Assembly (NCBI GenBank): GCA_026026165.1
Contig: JAPEUD010000002.1
Location: forward strand, 496,001-560,000
Direction: 5' to 3'
Length of the DNA: 64,000 nt
From: Sarea resinae
Taxonomy: Eukaryota
Shown: positions 38,406 to 51,977 of the stretch, piece after piece
Layout of the letters: each line of letters begins with the position of its first letter
How positions within the stretch are numbered: the stretch's first letter is position 1
Notes under the pieces: generated by a model
What the model saw: only the letters and a program-made list of their open reading frames with translations
The model's database searches: none
What the model was told of the DNA's origin: nothing
Program-made: the position numbers and the translations under genes

Positions 38406-39584
38406 GCGTTCTGTTGGGTGCGATGTCTGTTCTATTTTGGTTTACAGCTACGAGGCGTGCGTAACGTGCCGCTACGATGGGGGTTTTTCAATCTATCTTC
38501 CTGTATTCCTGTATGACATGACCGGATGTGCATGTAAATACCTACCTATATATTCACGTCTTGAGAACCACCTGGTAATTTCCATATGCTAAGCCTGCAG
38601 CATCAGGTGACATGCATAGTATCATTTGATGATCTCAACGAGATTAAGATCCTGCACAGAGATCTCAGGGACCGTTCTCTGCGCCTTGCCAGGCTGACGT
38701 TGTGACGAGCGAAAGCCCCCAGCCCCCGCAACAGGGCGGTATGGAAGTGCCGTACCTTACGATTTAGGGTCAGCAACCATTCGTTGCCATTATTTTCAAT
38801 ACGTGGGCTATCCAAATTGCTTGTTCCCGAAGCATTGCCTGCAGTCCCATACCGGAAAGGGACCTATCGTTTGGAGGAGAGATTCGGGCCAAGATCTCAG
38901 AGAAATCGGGATGCATGATGCAAGGCCATTTGCACGTGATATTCGTCGCCGTGGCAGCAAATAGCATCCATCTGGTAAGGTCATAGACAAAGAGCCCTCG
39001 GTCAATCCTCAAAGTCCATGCTCGCTGTTGATACGATAGTACGTAAGGCCATCCTCGTATCCGGGTCATTACTACTTGATTGGATACCTTAACGTGGTCA
39101 AGTACTCTACCTATCGAGGAAGTATTCATCTATTGCCTGTGAGGCTGAAGACTGTTGTCTTCCGAGTAAATATTATTAGATACCGTACATATGGAGCCCG
39201 CTACTCCGGAGTAGTCAGCTAAAGATGTCAGTGTGGTGGAGTTGAAGGCGAATACTGAACATCTCTGCCGTTTGTGCTACCTCAATCGTACTGTCGTTGA
39301 TTACTTAACGATCGGGTTCCCATGAGCCCATGAGACCGAGACGTCTCGAGTAGTTGTTGATTGTATCTTAGTAAGGTATCCCTACCTGCCTACCCTGCAT
39401 GCGACATCCCCTCAGTCTCACATATCTCCGTAGCAATACGCTGCGCCCACTTCTTTCTTTCCTTTTCTTACAAGCTTCAGTCGTTCCAGATATTGTGCCT
39501 GCACTCTCGTTCGTCGAGGGACACGGATCTTGGTGTCGCCCTCATCTGTTGCACGGTCTTTAGACCATCGCTTTCGCTTTCGTT

Positions 39585-42201
39585 ATGTATATTTCGACCA
39601 AAATAGCAATCATCGCTCTCACCCTTGCGTTATCCATCTACAATCTATCGGAAGGTAAGCTACTATACCTCACGCAGATTATTGTCTTCATTCGCTCATC
39701 CTGACTCTAGCACATTCTGAGGCCCGAAATCCGTTGAAACAGCTTGTGCTCGTCGAAAACCCCAAGATCCTCACTCCGTCCCATAGGGTCAACGCTTTAT
39801 CTTCCTTCAATCTCATATTCAGCCTCTACAATGGTGGTGTGCAACTCAAGCTCAGCCTTGAGCCCAACCATGACATTGTAGCCGAAGGTGCCAAGGTGGA
39901 CTACCTGGGCCCAGATGGGAATGTCGCTCGCACGGAGATAATCGAGCGGCGCGATCACAAGGTCTTCAAAGGCCAGGCGTGGCTTGAGCAAGGAGAGAAT
40001 AACTGGAGTAATGTGGGCTGGGCGAGAATAGTTATAAGGCGCGATGGTCAAAGGCCGCTCTTTGAGGGGGCATTCACCATGCATAATGACCATCACCACA
40101 TCCAACTCAGGGAGAATTACATGCAGACCAAACACGAATCTGACCCGTCGCTAGAAAGAGGCGATGATGAATATCTGGTACTCTTCAGGGACTCAGACAT
40201 TTCGTTGGATCCGCATACGGAATTGAAACGTTCCGCCCCTGAGATTAGCTGTCCAGCTGATAGGCTTTCGTTTAATATACAACCGGACCATCCTGTCTTC
40301 TCTCAGCCCCTAGAACGAGATAGGGGCTTTTGGGGAGCAATGCCAATGAGCTCTTTGTTTGGGAAACGACAGATTGATACGAATGGAATGCCTAGCGGAG
40401 GCAATTCGGGAGGCGTCAACCTGAAATCCACCATCGGTCAGACGGCAGGCTGTCCGACCACGAGAAAAGTAGCCCTTGTTGGAGTCGCCACGGACTGCTC
40501 GTACACTGGTTCCTTCAATTCTACCGAAGCTGCCAGGCAGAACATCATCACCCAGATCAATTCAGCATCCGATCTCTACGAAAAGTCATTCAACATCTCT
40601 CTAGGACTCCAAAATCTGACCATAAGTGACAGTAACTGTCCTGGGTCACCACAGGCAGCAACTCCTTGGAATACAGGATGCTCTAACAATGTCACTATTC
40701 AAGATCGGCTGAACACATTTTCGCAGTGGCGAGGTAGCCGGAACGACACAAACGCTTACTGGACACTTTTGACTACGTGCAACACCGGAGCAGCTGTGGG
40801 GCTCTCGTGGCTTGGCCAGGCCTGTGTAAACCAAGTTCAAACATCCAACGCCACGGGCGGGGGAACTGAATCGGTGAGTGGTGCAAACGTTGTTGCAAGG
40901 ACCTCGACCGAGTGGCAGGTGATTGCGTAAGTTCGCTCAGAGTCCTCAATTGACCCACAATGACTGAAAGCTATATAGCCACGAGACTGGCCATACATTC
41001 GGAGCCGTACATGATTGTACGAGCCAGACGTGCAGTGATGGAACCACTGTCAATGCCCAGCAGTGCTGCCCTCTCAGTAACTCAACCTGTGATGCTGGAG
41101 AGCAGTATATCATGAACCCTTCGACAGGTCAGGGCATTACCCATTTCAGCCCCTGCTCTATTGGCAATATATGCTCTGCCATTGGTCGCAATAGTGTCAA
41201 GTCCGGATGTCTATCCCTCAACAAGGGCATTACCACTATCACTGGTAGCCAATGCGGAAACGGAATCGTTGAAGAAGGAGAAGAATGCGATTGTGGTGGC
41301 ACCACGAGTTGCGGTAACAATACCTGCTGTGATGCTACCACATGCAAGTTCAAGGGCAATGCCGTATGCGACGACTCCAACGAGGACTGCTGCCAAAGCT
41401 GTCAATTTGCGTCTACAAACACGGTTTGCCGTGCTAGTACTGGTGCATGTGATCCGGAAGAAAAGTGCACTGGTTCATCGGGCTCATGTCCTTCCGATCA
41501 GACGGCTCCCGATGGCCAAAGTTGTGGCAACGGCACGACTAAGCTGCAATGCGCAAGCGGACAATGTACTTCGCGCGATCTACAGTGCAAAACGTTGATG
41601 GGATCTTATACCCAAGGCAATGATACTTACGCATGCAATAGCGATGACTGCACCATTTCCTGCGCTTCGCCCGAGTTTCCAGCGAATACATGCTACGGCT
41701 TACAACAAAACTTTCTTGATGGTACCGCTTGCGGTGGTGGCGGCAAATGCGAAAATGTAAGTACCTGCCGACGCTTTTGTATTGATCTTTTCATACCTAC
41801 TTTCCAAGAAATCTTCCAATTTCTCTGCTCTCTTGGGGTCTTGAGGGACCGCGAGGCTCGCAAGTCTTAATTCAATTCATTGAATGCCATGCTGACTATT
41901 GGCGCAGGGGCAATGTAAAGGCTCTAATACAGCCAAGGAGATTGGCTCTTGGTTAAGCCACCACAAGGCAGTGGTCATCGGTGTTGCTTCTGCTGCTGGT
42001 GCACTTGTTCTCTTTATGCTTCTTGGCGCTCTTCGGCGGTGCTTCAGACGAGCTGGGTCAAGGCAAAAGCCCCAGGCTTGGCCAATCCAGAACCCTGGGC
42101 CGCCACCGATGACTGCGGACGCTTATTATGGTAACAATGGTCACTGGCAACAGCCTCCGCCAGCATATAGGCCGCCCGATAGCAGCGTACGGTACGCCTA
42201 G
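39585..42201 (+). CDS. ADAM-family zinc metalloprotease/disintegrin (AdmB-like)
   Basis: Signal-peptide exon, prodomain with KR site, zinc motif HETGHTFGAVHD at 40980-41015 directly after an intron, Met-turn YIMNP, disintegrin CGNGIVEEGEECDCG, TM segment and Pro-rich tail. Confidence 0.9.
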
Positions 42202-44135
42202 ATGAGGACAACTTTCTTGCCTCGTGTCACCTTTTATTTCTCGTCTTGACCCAGTATTATAAGCGTGGACTGGACCGCATCCCGGACCGTCGAACATCGA
42301 TGCGTTCTGTGTTTCTAGTGTGCTAGATATATACATGCAGGATGTTCGGAGTCGTTTATTTAGGTGCTTTTCGCTTTTTCCGTTGGGTTTGGGCTTAAGC
42401 ATGTTGACGGAATAGTCCTCATACTTGAGACATGTGAGGCATTCTACCTACATAGTAGGCAAATGTTCATAAATCCTAATGGCACCAATCATCATAACAA
42501 CTGTAAGCAATCAATTAAGCATGATACATGTGATGGCTAGCTTCTCAGGTAGATCTGATAGTAACACCTGATCATCGGAGCTGGCTTCGATCTACGTGCT
42601 TACCGCTGTCCTGTCTCACTTCTCCTTTACCGCAGCAGTAGTACTATGGGTAGGAGGGGAGTTGGTTCACCCGGCAATGGCTCGCAATTGGCCCGACCTC
42701 CGTCTGTATTCTCTTTTTCCCTTTGGTACGAGGTAAAGTACGAATACAAGGGACTTTCAGTCTCGCTTGTCGCACCTCATGTGGGCAAGGTACCTAAGGT
42801 AGGTAGGCAGGTTCCTCCAGGTACTCCGTACCCAATGCAGAGCTGAGCGAGTAAGAATGTCGTAGCGACAGCGTGGGACCTGACGAGACTTCCTTCGTAC
42901 CTTACTCCGTACGCGGTCATTCAAGGGCCGAGGGCCGTGCTTCTGCTTCGATTCGCTCAGGGTGCCAAGGGAGCCAAGGGGTCAGGGCCCGAGGGCCCTA
43001 CGGAGTACCTACTGCGTAATACATAGTACTCCCTGGACAAGGAAAGGTAGAGGTCAGGGTCAAGTCGGGTAGCATGTTAGGTAGCATGTTCCACTTCACG
43101 CCGTCCCTCCAGGCGTCTTGTGATACTGGCCAATACCTCCCTGGCAAGTATTCGTACTTGGGGCCCCCTCGAGCCTTGATGGGTACTTGACCTACCTAGC
43201 CTTGCCTCCGCTACTTCATACTACATACCGTACTCAGTATTACTTCTGCTACCTTACCTTACCTTACCTAGGTTACCACCACCACAAACCTCCAGGGCAA
43301 TCCATTCACTCACTCTACAGTACGCTGCACATCACTCACGACTACCTACATATACATATCCCAATTCATTTTCTCTCCTTTCACGACGGAGAGCCTGAAC
43401 TGCATCTCGTCTCTGTTTGCGATCCTTCCGACGAATTCCCCTCTGTTGAAGCATCATCGTAATGTGCACCTTAAGCGTCTAGCCGTTCTCGTAAGTCCTT
43501 GCCAAATTCCCCATCTCGTGGCGTTCGTCGTGGTGGTGGCATCCTTTCCCTTTTCGTGCTTTCTATATTTGTCGCCCAGATATCCAACTGCCAGCAATCG
43601 AGCGTCTGCTTGTGCGACATGACCTGCACGGCGCTACGTTTACGCTGGAGAGGGACATCATAACATCTTCACGACCCGTTTTAGATGCTCGTTTGTTTCT
43701 GTGTCAGGAGCTCCATGTGAGGAGCGTATGTTCATGGCATGCCCTCCGTCATCTGTCTCCGCAACCTCCCGGTGCAAGCATCGCTAGGCAGTTGAATACA
43801 CAAACTATTGCATGTGTCTGGACTCTCGGTGACACGTTGCTAACAGATCTCCTGGTATACAGATAGCTGCATTTGCATTGCTCATTTTCGAATTCCATCC
43901 CATCGTTTCAGCGCAGCATCTTCTACCCATTTTCTTTCAAAGCGATCCCTCAACGAGATTATTAGGAAACAAACTCGACACGACATTGGAGAATACTGCG
44001 AAGGAATCGACCCTCGATCAATCCTACGGTCCCTCTGACAAGGACTGCCGATTACCTGCGTCCATCTTGCGGCTCCGATCGGACGGCGCACGCCCGTGTC
44101 AATATTTACTACTGCACCCTTGGCATTCAGTCTAT

Positions 44136-47100
44136 ATGCCAATCAAGATACCGAAGGGGTTTACTCGTCGAAAATCCTCCGGGAATGCTCTTGAAGAGGC
44201 CGAAGCTACACCAGCGGAACATTCATTTCGAGTCTATGAACGACCGCGCGAAAGCAGTAAATCGTTTGATGGAGGGAGCAAATTGAATCTGCTTTCAAGC
44301 GCAAGGCCCTACACTTCCTCCGGGGCGAGGTCTGGACCTACGGCTGAGCAGCGCAACGGCATCGGCTCGAATAATAGGTGCGTAGGGCATCTCTAGAAGG
44401 ATTAGTGTTTAATCACTGATCAAAACTAGGGGCAGCGCTGGAACATCTAATTCTACTTCGACGGCAGGATACTACGACACATCTTCGTCTTCGGCTCGAT
44501 TCAGCTCGTCGTCGACGTTGCCGTCCTCAGCGGATATACATACATCGGATGACCATAATTCTTCCAAGGGCCACCCACATACGCGTAATTCACCTGCACC
44601 GCAAATTCCCGAATCACACCCTACATTTTCCCTTCGCGCGGCCGGGCGAACCTTTTCCTTTGGTCTTAGAGCCCCCAAACCACCAATCGCTGCTCCGGCG
44701 CCGAGCCCTCTACAGCCGCAGCCTTCTGACCCTGTGAGCGCCCATCCTAGAGATAGGGCTATGACGACAAGTAGTTACGCCAGCACCGCCAAGCCCCCCA
44801 AGCTTGATACTGATTTTGGTCTGGGTGAGTCAGGCTCAGGAGGGTTTGGCGATATGTTTGAAAGCATTGGAAAGAGAAAGAGTAAATTACTAGATAGAAG
44901 TGGAGGTCAGGCAAACGAAAGCTCGATCATGGCAAGCCCAGTAAGTAGTCGAGCCTTAAGTAACAGTTCGAGGATTATTTACTGAACCAATTGTGTCCAT
45001 GAAGGACGCTACTTCGCCTCCGATTCCAGCCAAAAATCCAAAGTCTCTTTCGGATACAAGGCTAAACCGGTCTCTTCCTCCTATCGATGTGAATGTCCCT
45101 GAGGATATGGAATCTTCGCCGCGCTCTTGGGACAGTCACGACTCTCGCGAAGGACTGATGTCAGCTCAAGGGTCATCGATAACGGGACGCTCGTACGCTC
45201 TGGATGAAAAATCACGCTCATTTCAAACGACCGCTGCAGTCCCCGGTCCATCTGGACGAGAAAAAACGGAAAAGTTTGGTGCCGCGGGTGGTCTCAGGAG
45301 AAGCAGTGCATTTATGGTTCGAACCCCATCAATGCCAATCGATGACCGAGATGCGCGGCTCGTATTGGATTCTGTTCAGACTCGGAGTACGTCCAACCAA
45401 CAACCAGGGAGCAGTAGACGGGAATCTCAAGGAGTTACCGGACGAGCGCTCCAAGATGATACGCAGCCGCATGGTGTATCAGCAGAGCAATTCAAACGGT
45501 CCACTACTGCACCAACTTTCTCATCGCCCATTTCAAGCACTCAGCCGAATAATCAAGCAGAAGTATCTCGGCACGAAAGACAAGCTTCCTCAGCAGGTCT
45601 GTTCGATGGCGAGGAGCTCGACCTCGCCGAAGTATGGAACGGCTCAAGGGGAGATTCAAACAACACCACTCCAAGGGCGAAGGCGTTGGTGCCAATTTCG
45701 TACTCCGATGATTCGTTTCACGATCCATCTTTTGCCGCTTCGGCACAGTTAGCAACAAGATATCAGGAATCTTCAGAGACGGACCCACAGCCGTTACAGA
45801 CTACCAAAGTTATGACACCGGCACAATTTGAACGATACCGTCAGCAACAAGATCTTGCGAGGACTAAGAGTAACGCCTCTGTCAGTGAGGGTTCTGATGA
45901 TGGTGATGCATACGACGATGAAGACGAGACAGAACGAAATCGGTCGCTGGCGAAGCAACGACGAAAACAGGAAGCTCATCTCGCAGTGTACCGCCAACAG
46001 ATGATGAAGGTTACAGGCGAGCAGCCTTCTGACTTACCTTCCCTACAAAACAACAACCGACCGACCTTTGAGAGATCGAGTGCCAGTCTACCAAATCTTT
46101 CTGCTGAGATGTCTTCTCTCCACCTCGGAGTCGAAGCTCCTGCAGATGGTGCTAAAAGCAGTGACGACGAAGATGAAGATGTTCCACTCGGAATACTCGC
46201 CGCCCATGGGTTTCCCCATAAGAATCGGCCACCTACAGCCCTCAACAACTCGAACTCCATCCCCAATCTCCGTGCCGCTAGCGCGATGGGCTCTTATCAG
46301 CAGCGTCCAGGTTCGGCCGCAGGCGATCAAAGCGGGGTTCCTGGCCGCAGCAGTCTCCCCATATTTGCGAAGAACTTGCCACCAGATCCGTATTATGGCG
46401 CGAGCATAGTCAATCCTTCGAATCGGGAGTCGCCATCATTTGGTCGTAATGGAGGGGGCTCTGTTTACGGTGCACCTCAACCTAATCTTCCTCCAGGAGG
46501 GTTGGTCGGTGTTATTGCCGGAGAAGAACGTGCCCGAGCGATGAGAAGAGGCAGCCCCAACACGCAAGGAAATTACGCCAATGCCGGTCTGCCTGGCGGA
46601 GACATGTATGGAACCGGCCATGGTATGCCTCAACAAAACCCCGCCATGAACGCCGGAATGCCAATGATGCCAGGCATGCCTAATATGCCTGTTTCTCCTG
46701 GCGACCAAGCACAGATCCAAATGTCTCAGCAGATGACTCAGATGATGCAGATGCAAATGCAATGGATGGAGCAGATGATGCAGATGCAGAACCTTCAAGG
46801 AGGGCAGCAGCTTCCCCAACAGCAACAGCCACACGATGGAAGGGTGAACAGCTTGCTAGCGCCGCCAGGCCAAATGCAGCGACCTATGTCTATGGGCACG
46901 AACGCGTCTGCGCCCAATCTTGGCGGTCCGCAGCTGCATCAACGAACGATGAGTATATTAGATCCGGCTTTGTCGTTGCGAAACAACCAGAGTCCTGCAG
47001 GGTTCCCTGGCCTCATGAACAACCAGGGATACGCTCCTTCGATTGCGCCGTCAGAACGCAGCGGTGTCGGTTTGCCTTCTCGCTACCGACCGGTCTCTCT

Positions 47101-47374
47101 TGCTCCGGCGGATGGAGCCGACAACAGATCTGAACGGTCGACTTTCGCGTCCAAGTCTCAGGGCTGGAACGATAAGCAAGGCGCCAATGCTACAGTCAAG
47201 GCTACTATCAGAACCGTCAATTCAAGGAATAGTCGACGGGCCGGTTCTGATGAGGATGAAGACGAGGGCTGGGAAGAGATGAAGAAGAAGAGAGAGAGTC
47301 GAAAGTCGGCGTGGAAGACAAAATCGCAGACGCGATCGAGTGGCTTGCAGGAACTCTACCTTCCAGGCAACTAG
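44136..47374 (+). CDS. Uncharacterised large low-complexity fungal protein (about 1000 aa, 3 exons)
   Basis: MPIKIPKGFTRRKSSGNALEE exon, introns ~44378-44429 and ~44941-45004, then a long ORF with VMTPAQFERYR, QEAHLAVYRQQMMKVTG, DEDVPLGIL, YAPSIAPSERS.VGLPSRYRPVS and an M/Q-rich tract. Confidence 0.8.
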
Positions 47375-48459
47375 ATACATGATCCAGTTGACCTCGACTG
47401 TTGTTGTGAAAGGCTTGCCTTGCTATCATCACTGTCTATCTCTCCGTCCACTCACCATCTTCACCGATCTACACGAGAATGCCAAGCAAGCCCTTTTTCC
47501 TCCCCCACCCTCGCCATCACCAGCTCATACCTGTGGTGGGATAAGAGCATTTACTGCCTTCCCATTTTCGTGTGAAATTTTACCTATTCTGGAATCTTGT
47601 CTCTTGGGTACATTTTCTCAACACCAAGTCTTGTTGCATACTCTATGGCGTGACCGGGGGGACTTCGCATCTTATTTCCTTTTATGTTTGGGGGGGTGTG
47701 TCTGAATAGGTTGCTGGTCTGGTCCTTGGTTATCAGAAGCAGCTCCTTGATCTGTCTGCTGCAGATACGTTCATAGTGTGCGGGCCAGGATTGTGTCCAA
47801 ACAGACTTCAAATGGCATGGGATGGTAGGATTGCGTATTGATGAAGCGTCGAGCTCTCTCATCATCCCAAAAATATATGAAGGAGGGAGCAAGCAAGCAA
47901 GCTGAACAATCTTGCGTAATTTTTTTAAGTTTCTTCTAATGTTCTTCTGTTGTTGGCATTGTTGGCATATTTCGACTTTTCTGTCTGTCTGTCTGTCTGT
48001 CTCTGTACAAAGCAGGCCAATAATGGACCGAACGGTGCTCGATGGTTTGATTGGATGGATGATTCGAGGCTATACAGTATAGACTACGTACTTTAGTTTG
48101 GGGGAGGAGAGAGAGGGAGGAGGTTATTGCATCCATCTTATACAACACCTATAGTCTACGTGATTCGATGACTTTTCTTTGGTCTTTGTAAATGAGACCA
48201 AGATAGCGCGCGTTACAAGGTACGTAGGAGGGGAAGTCCCCCATACTTACCAAGACCTCTCTTGAAGATACTACATGGGGGGGCATCACGACATGGAGTA
48301 GAAAGCAATCGGTGCCATGTAGCTGCATTGGGGTGGTAAGGTAGCCTTGCAGGCAACACTAATGATTCAGTGATTGATGGAGCTAACATGTGGTTCTTGA
48401 CTATAGTCTTTGACTAGAAGTACGCGGGGATCTGTGAAGAGATAGAGGGATACACAGAT

Positions 48460-49842
48460 CTAGGCACTCCAGACAACAACTCTGCCATCAACGCCGCTCG
48501 CTGCAAGCACGAATTAGCTCTATATTCCCCAAGCGCTCGCTCGCTTGGTGCACTCGGAAAAATGTAGGGGAGAAGGGACGAGAGAAGAGAGAGAAGGAGA
48601 CATACTGCTGAATTTCTGCACGGTGCCATCGGCAGCGGAATCGTACGGCCGGACGGTGTTGATGGTGTTCTGATGGACCGTCTTGAGCGTGGTGTCCTCG
48701 CTCGTGGCTTTGCCCTTCAGGTCCATCTGCCGGAACATGTTGAGGGCGGATTCTTCGCTGCGGCCGGCGAGGCCGGGCCGTTCTTTGACTTCCAGCGAGC
48801 CGACGATGGCCCATCCTTGCTCGTTGCCTTGGAGGCGGTAGGCCTCGCAGTCCTGTGATGGGTTGAATGTTAGCATAAAGGGAGGTGAAGCAAACAAAGG
48901 GAGGTGATAGGCCTTACGTAGCCGGCGGCGATGATCTCACTCTCGCCGTTCCAGATCAGGCTCATGAAGGGGAGGAGCTGCAAGCTGACGCTGACGACGG
49001 CTTTGGGCGGCTGCTCCGGTGCGCTAGGGTAAACGACCGTGATGCTGCTGTCGTGGGCGGCAAATGCCAAGGCGTCTCCTGAGGGGGAGAAGGCGCAGTC
49101 GTGAACCCAGCCAGCGGAGTTATTCAAGAATTCACCACAGACTGTGTTGAAGGGCAAACGCTCGCCCCAAACCGTAGGCTCGGGCCTAGCATCAACGCCC
49201 TTGATGAAGCCGGAGAAGACGCGCGCATGGGCATCGGTCGAACCGGCGGCTAACAGGACCGAGTTTGGATGCCATGCCACGCTCGTGATGGTGCTGCGGA
49301 TCGGCTTCTTCAGGTGCTTGGACACCCACCAGTCGTTCTCCTCTTCGAAGTAGCAGACGGCGATGACGCGGGCGCCGGAGCCGACGGCGAATTTCAACTC
49401 GGAGGGGGACCAGCGCACGAAAGTCGCGGCGCGGTTGATGCGCAGAAGGACGAGGGTCGGCTTCCAGCCAGTTGGAGAGGGCTCCCATACGTAGGCATTG
49501 CGGTCTGTAGCCTCAAGTTTAGTATGAGCCAGAAATGGGCGTTGGAAGTGAAAGTGGGATTTGATGAGAGCTGTCGCTCCTCCAATGGAGCCGGCCTCGA
49601 TAGTGCGCAGCCAACGTACCCTGGGAGCAAGTGACAATCTTTCCGCTGTTCGGGGCAATGTCCACACCCGTCACAGTCTTGTCATGTCCTTTCAATTCAT
49701 CTTGAAGAGTGAATTTCCCTCCATTACGACTGTACAGCTCAACGTTGACGTCTCGGGCTACGGCCAAGGTCTGTCTGTCGGCGGAGAACGAATGGTCCGC
49801 GATTGGGTGATGGAACAGGTGGTGGACCTCTGGTGCGACCAT
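48460..49842 (-). CDS. ARC40: Arp2/3 complex subunit ARPC1/p41 (WD40)
   Basis: HDKTVTGVDIAPNSGKIVTCSQ|DRNAYVW, LVLLRINRAAT, ENDWWVSKHLKKPIRST, HQNTI, and a final exon SGVDGRVVVWSA*. Confidence 0.95.
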
Positions 49843-50147
49843 CTTGACAGGATCGATAATTCGGGCGATAGGAGTAGCTCTCTACTATCGCGTTTGCGTA
49901 TGTTCTAGAGCTGTTTGTTGAATGGCAGTTCCAACGGCGGTGGATGTCCAAAGGTGACTGGTGGGGCGCGCATGGGTGACGGCTCGCTGACTAAGCCAGC
50001 CTTCACTCTGAAGCTCTAAATTCTCGACAATTGCTATGCGGAAGTGATAGATATCACCCCCGGCGCACGCGACATTGAATCCGACTTGATCGAGTAGTAT
50101 CTTCGTCTGACACCTGCTGCCCTCCTTGTGCCGTGCTTGGATTCAGC

Positions 50148-50850
50148 ATGGCGACCACTGCTAAGCCATCAAAGGCAGCCCCTCCAGGCTCAAACCCGCC
50201 GAATCAGACGTAGGTTACGTTCCGACACACAAACCGTCGCATTTCGCTGACATGTCCCGCAGCCTCTATTGCACGAATTTACCAGACAAGCTACAAAAGT
50301 ACGATCTAAGACTGTCACTCTATACGCTGTTCTCCACCTATGGTCCGGTCCTTGATGTTGTCGCTCTGAAGACGATGAAGATGCGTGGCCAGGCACACAT
50401 CGTGTTTCGAGATGCCCAGGCCAGCACACAAGCTATGCGGGCATTGCAAGGGTTTGACTTTTTTGGCAAAGAGATGGTACGTTTCATACCTGGGTCAATG
50501 GGCCCCATAAAGGCTGTGCAAGTCACTAAGCACGTCGCGAGCAGAAAATCCAGTACGCCAAGGGCAAGTCTGATACTATAGCCAAGCTCGACGGAACATA
50601 TCGCATGCCAGAACCAGCTACGGCTGCAGGTGCAGTCACCTCGACGCAACTGCAACAGTCAATTTTCAACGCACCCCCAACTTCGACCGACGCGCAAAAA
50701 CCGCCAGCTACAGCACCGAATGGTGTATCAGGAGCAGAGGCGGGCACGAAGAGGAGAAGAGATGATGAAAGCGATGATGAGGATGCTCCGATGGAAGAGG
50801 ACGATGATGAAGGCGATGCGCCGATGGAGGAGGCATCTGATGAGGATTGA
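50148..50850 (+). CDS. U2 snRNP B''/U1A-family single-RRM protein
   Basis: PNQT|LYCTNLPDKLQKYDLRLSLYTLFSTYGPVLDVVALKTMKMRGQAHIVF...GKEM|KIQYAKGKSD followed by an acidic tail. Confidence 0.9.
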
Positions 50851-51033
50851 CGATACCCTGAATCTAACGCAAACATAAAAGCATTTGTGTCCTGGGGCCG
50901 GCGCTTGGAGTCTAGTACTGGAGGCTTTGGATTTTGGGAATTCTTTGTATGACGAGCTCCGCCGCAATAGCGTCCCTACCTGAATATAGAGATGCTCGGC
51001 TTGCAGAGCCGCAAAACAGCATCGTCCATATTC

Positions 51034-51977
51034 TCAAATATTGGCAGCAAGCTCGGTTGGCACAAACAAGCTTACGCAGCCTCCAGTGATTCCTAGCCAT
51101 ATCTGAAGGTACCGTTCTACCTGAACCTCGCCATCGGGACTTACAGCCATCATTGCCTCGCCGGTGTTGCACGGGTGGATGAAGAAGGCTGGCTTGCCGG
51201 ATACAGGATGGTTCTTTGGGCGTCGTATTAGCTTGCACTCTGTAATGTGCAGATCCAGTTCACTCACGCCCATAGATATGCCGCCCATCACGCCCATTTG
51301 CTCAAGACCTGGCCTATATTGAACGGGTACCAGCCAACGATAGACGGAATCGATGCCAAATGGTCTGTCACGTGGCACGTCTTTAAGGAAAAAGTAAAGG
51401 ACGGGAACCCCATAAGTTGCGGAAAGGAGAATATGATACTCGACGGAGACTTCAGAAGCAGATCTTTGCTTTCGTGGTAGCACATCCTAGGTGAAAATAT
51501 TATAAGAAAAACAGGTTGGCGAGTGCAACGACGCTCGGGTCTGGATTTACATCATCCGTGTCATCTTCTATCTCATCGTCCACGACGTCTTCCTCCTGTA
51601 GGGAAGCTTCTTCATCTTCGGTCAAGTGGGCCTTGTCATCTTGCATCGGAACGTGGGCTCTGATCGCGGCGTACGTTTCACCATGCTTCGAACATGTCAG
51701 TAGGTAGGCCTTGACATGGACATAATGAGCTTGGACAAGCATGGACGCTAAGCTGTGGTCCGCGCATGGCCGATATGAAGTCTGCGACCAGGTGCAGCAG
51801 GGCAGAGGAATTGCAACGTGCTCGCATGCATACCTCTTGCTTCAGCTGGCAGTCCTCCCATCGAGCGCCATGTCCCTCACCATGGTCCCAGTCCCGGTCT
51901 GCGTAACGCTGCACCAGAGCCGCGCACGCAGCGGCAAATTCGTCGGGTGAGAGGAAGGGAAAGTGCTCCACCTTCAT
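51034..51977 (-). CDS. ATG10: Atg10-like ubiquitin-like conjugating enzyme (autophagy)
   Basis: Four exons. VEYHILLSATYGVPVLYF, HPVSGKPAFFIHPCNT (catalytic Cys) and YLQIWLG. Confidence 0.85.

Noticed and set aside
50268..50274. ATTGCAC (U1A-binding heptamer) in the U2B''/U1A gene's own mRNA
   Set aside because: Explained by the codons for Y-C-T, with no flanking stem to present it as a loop. Autoregulation is unsupported.
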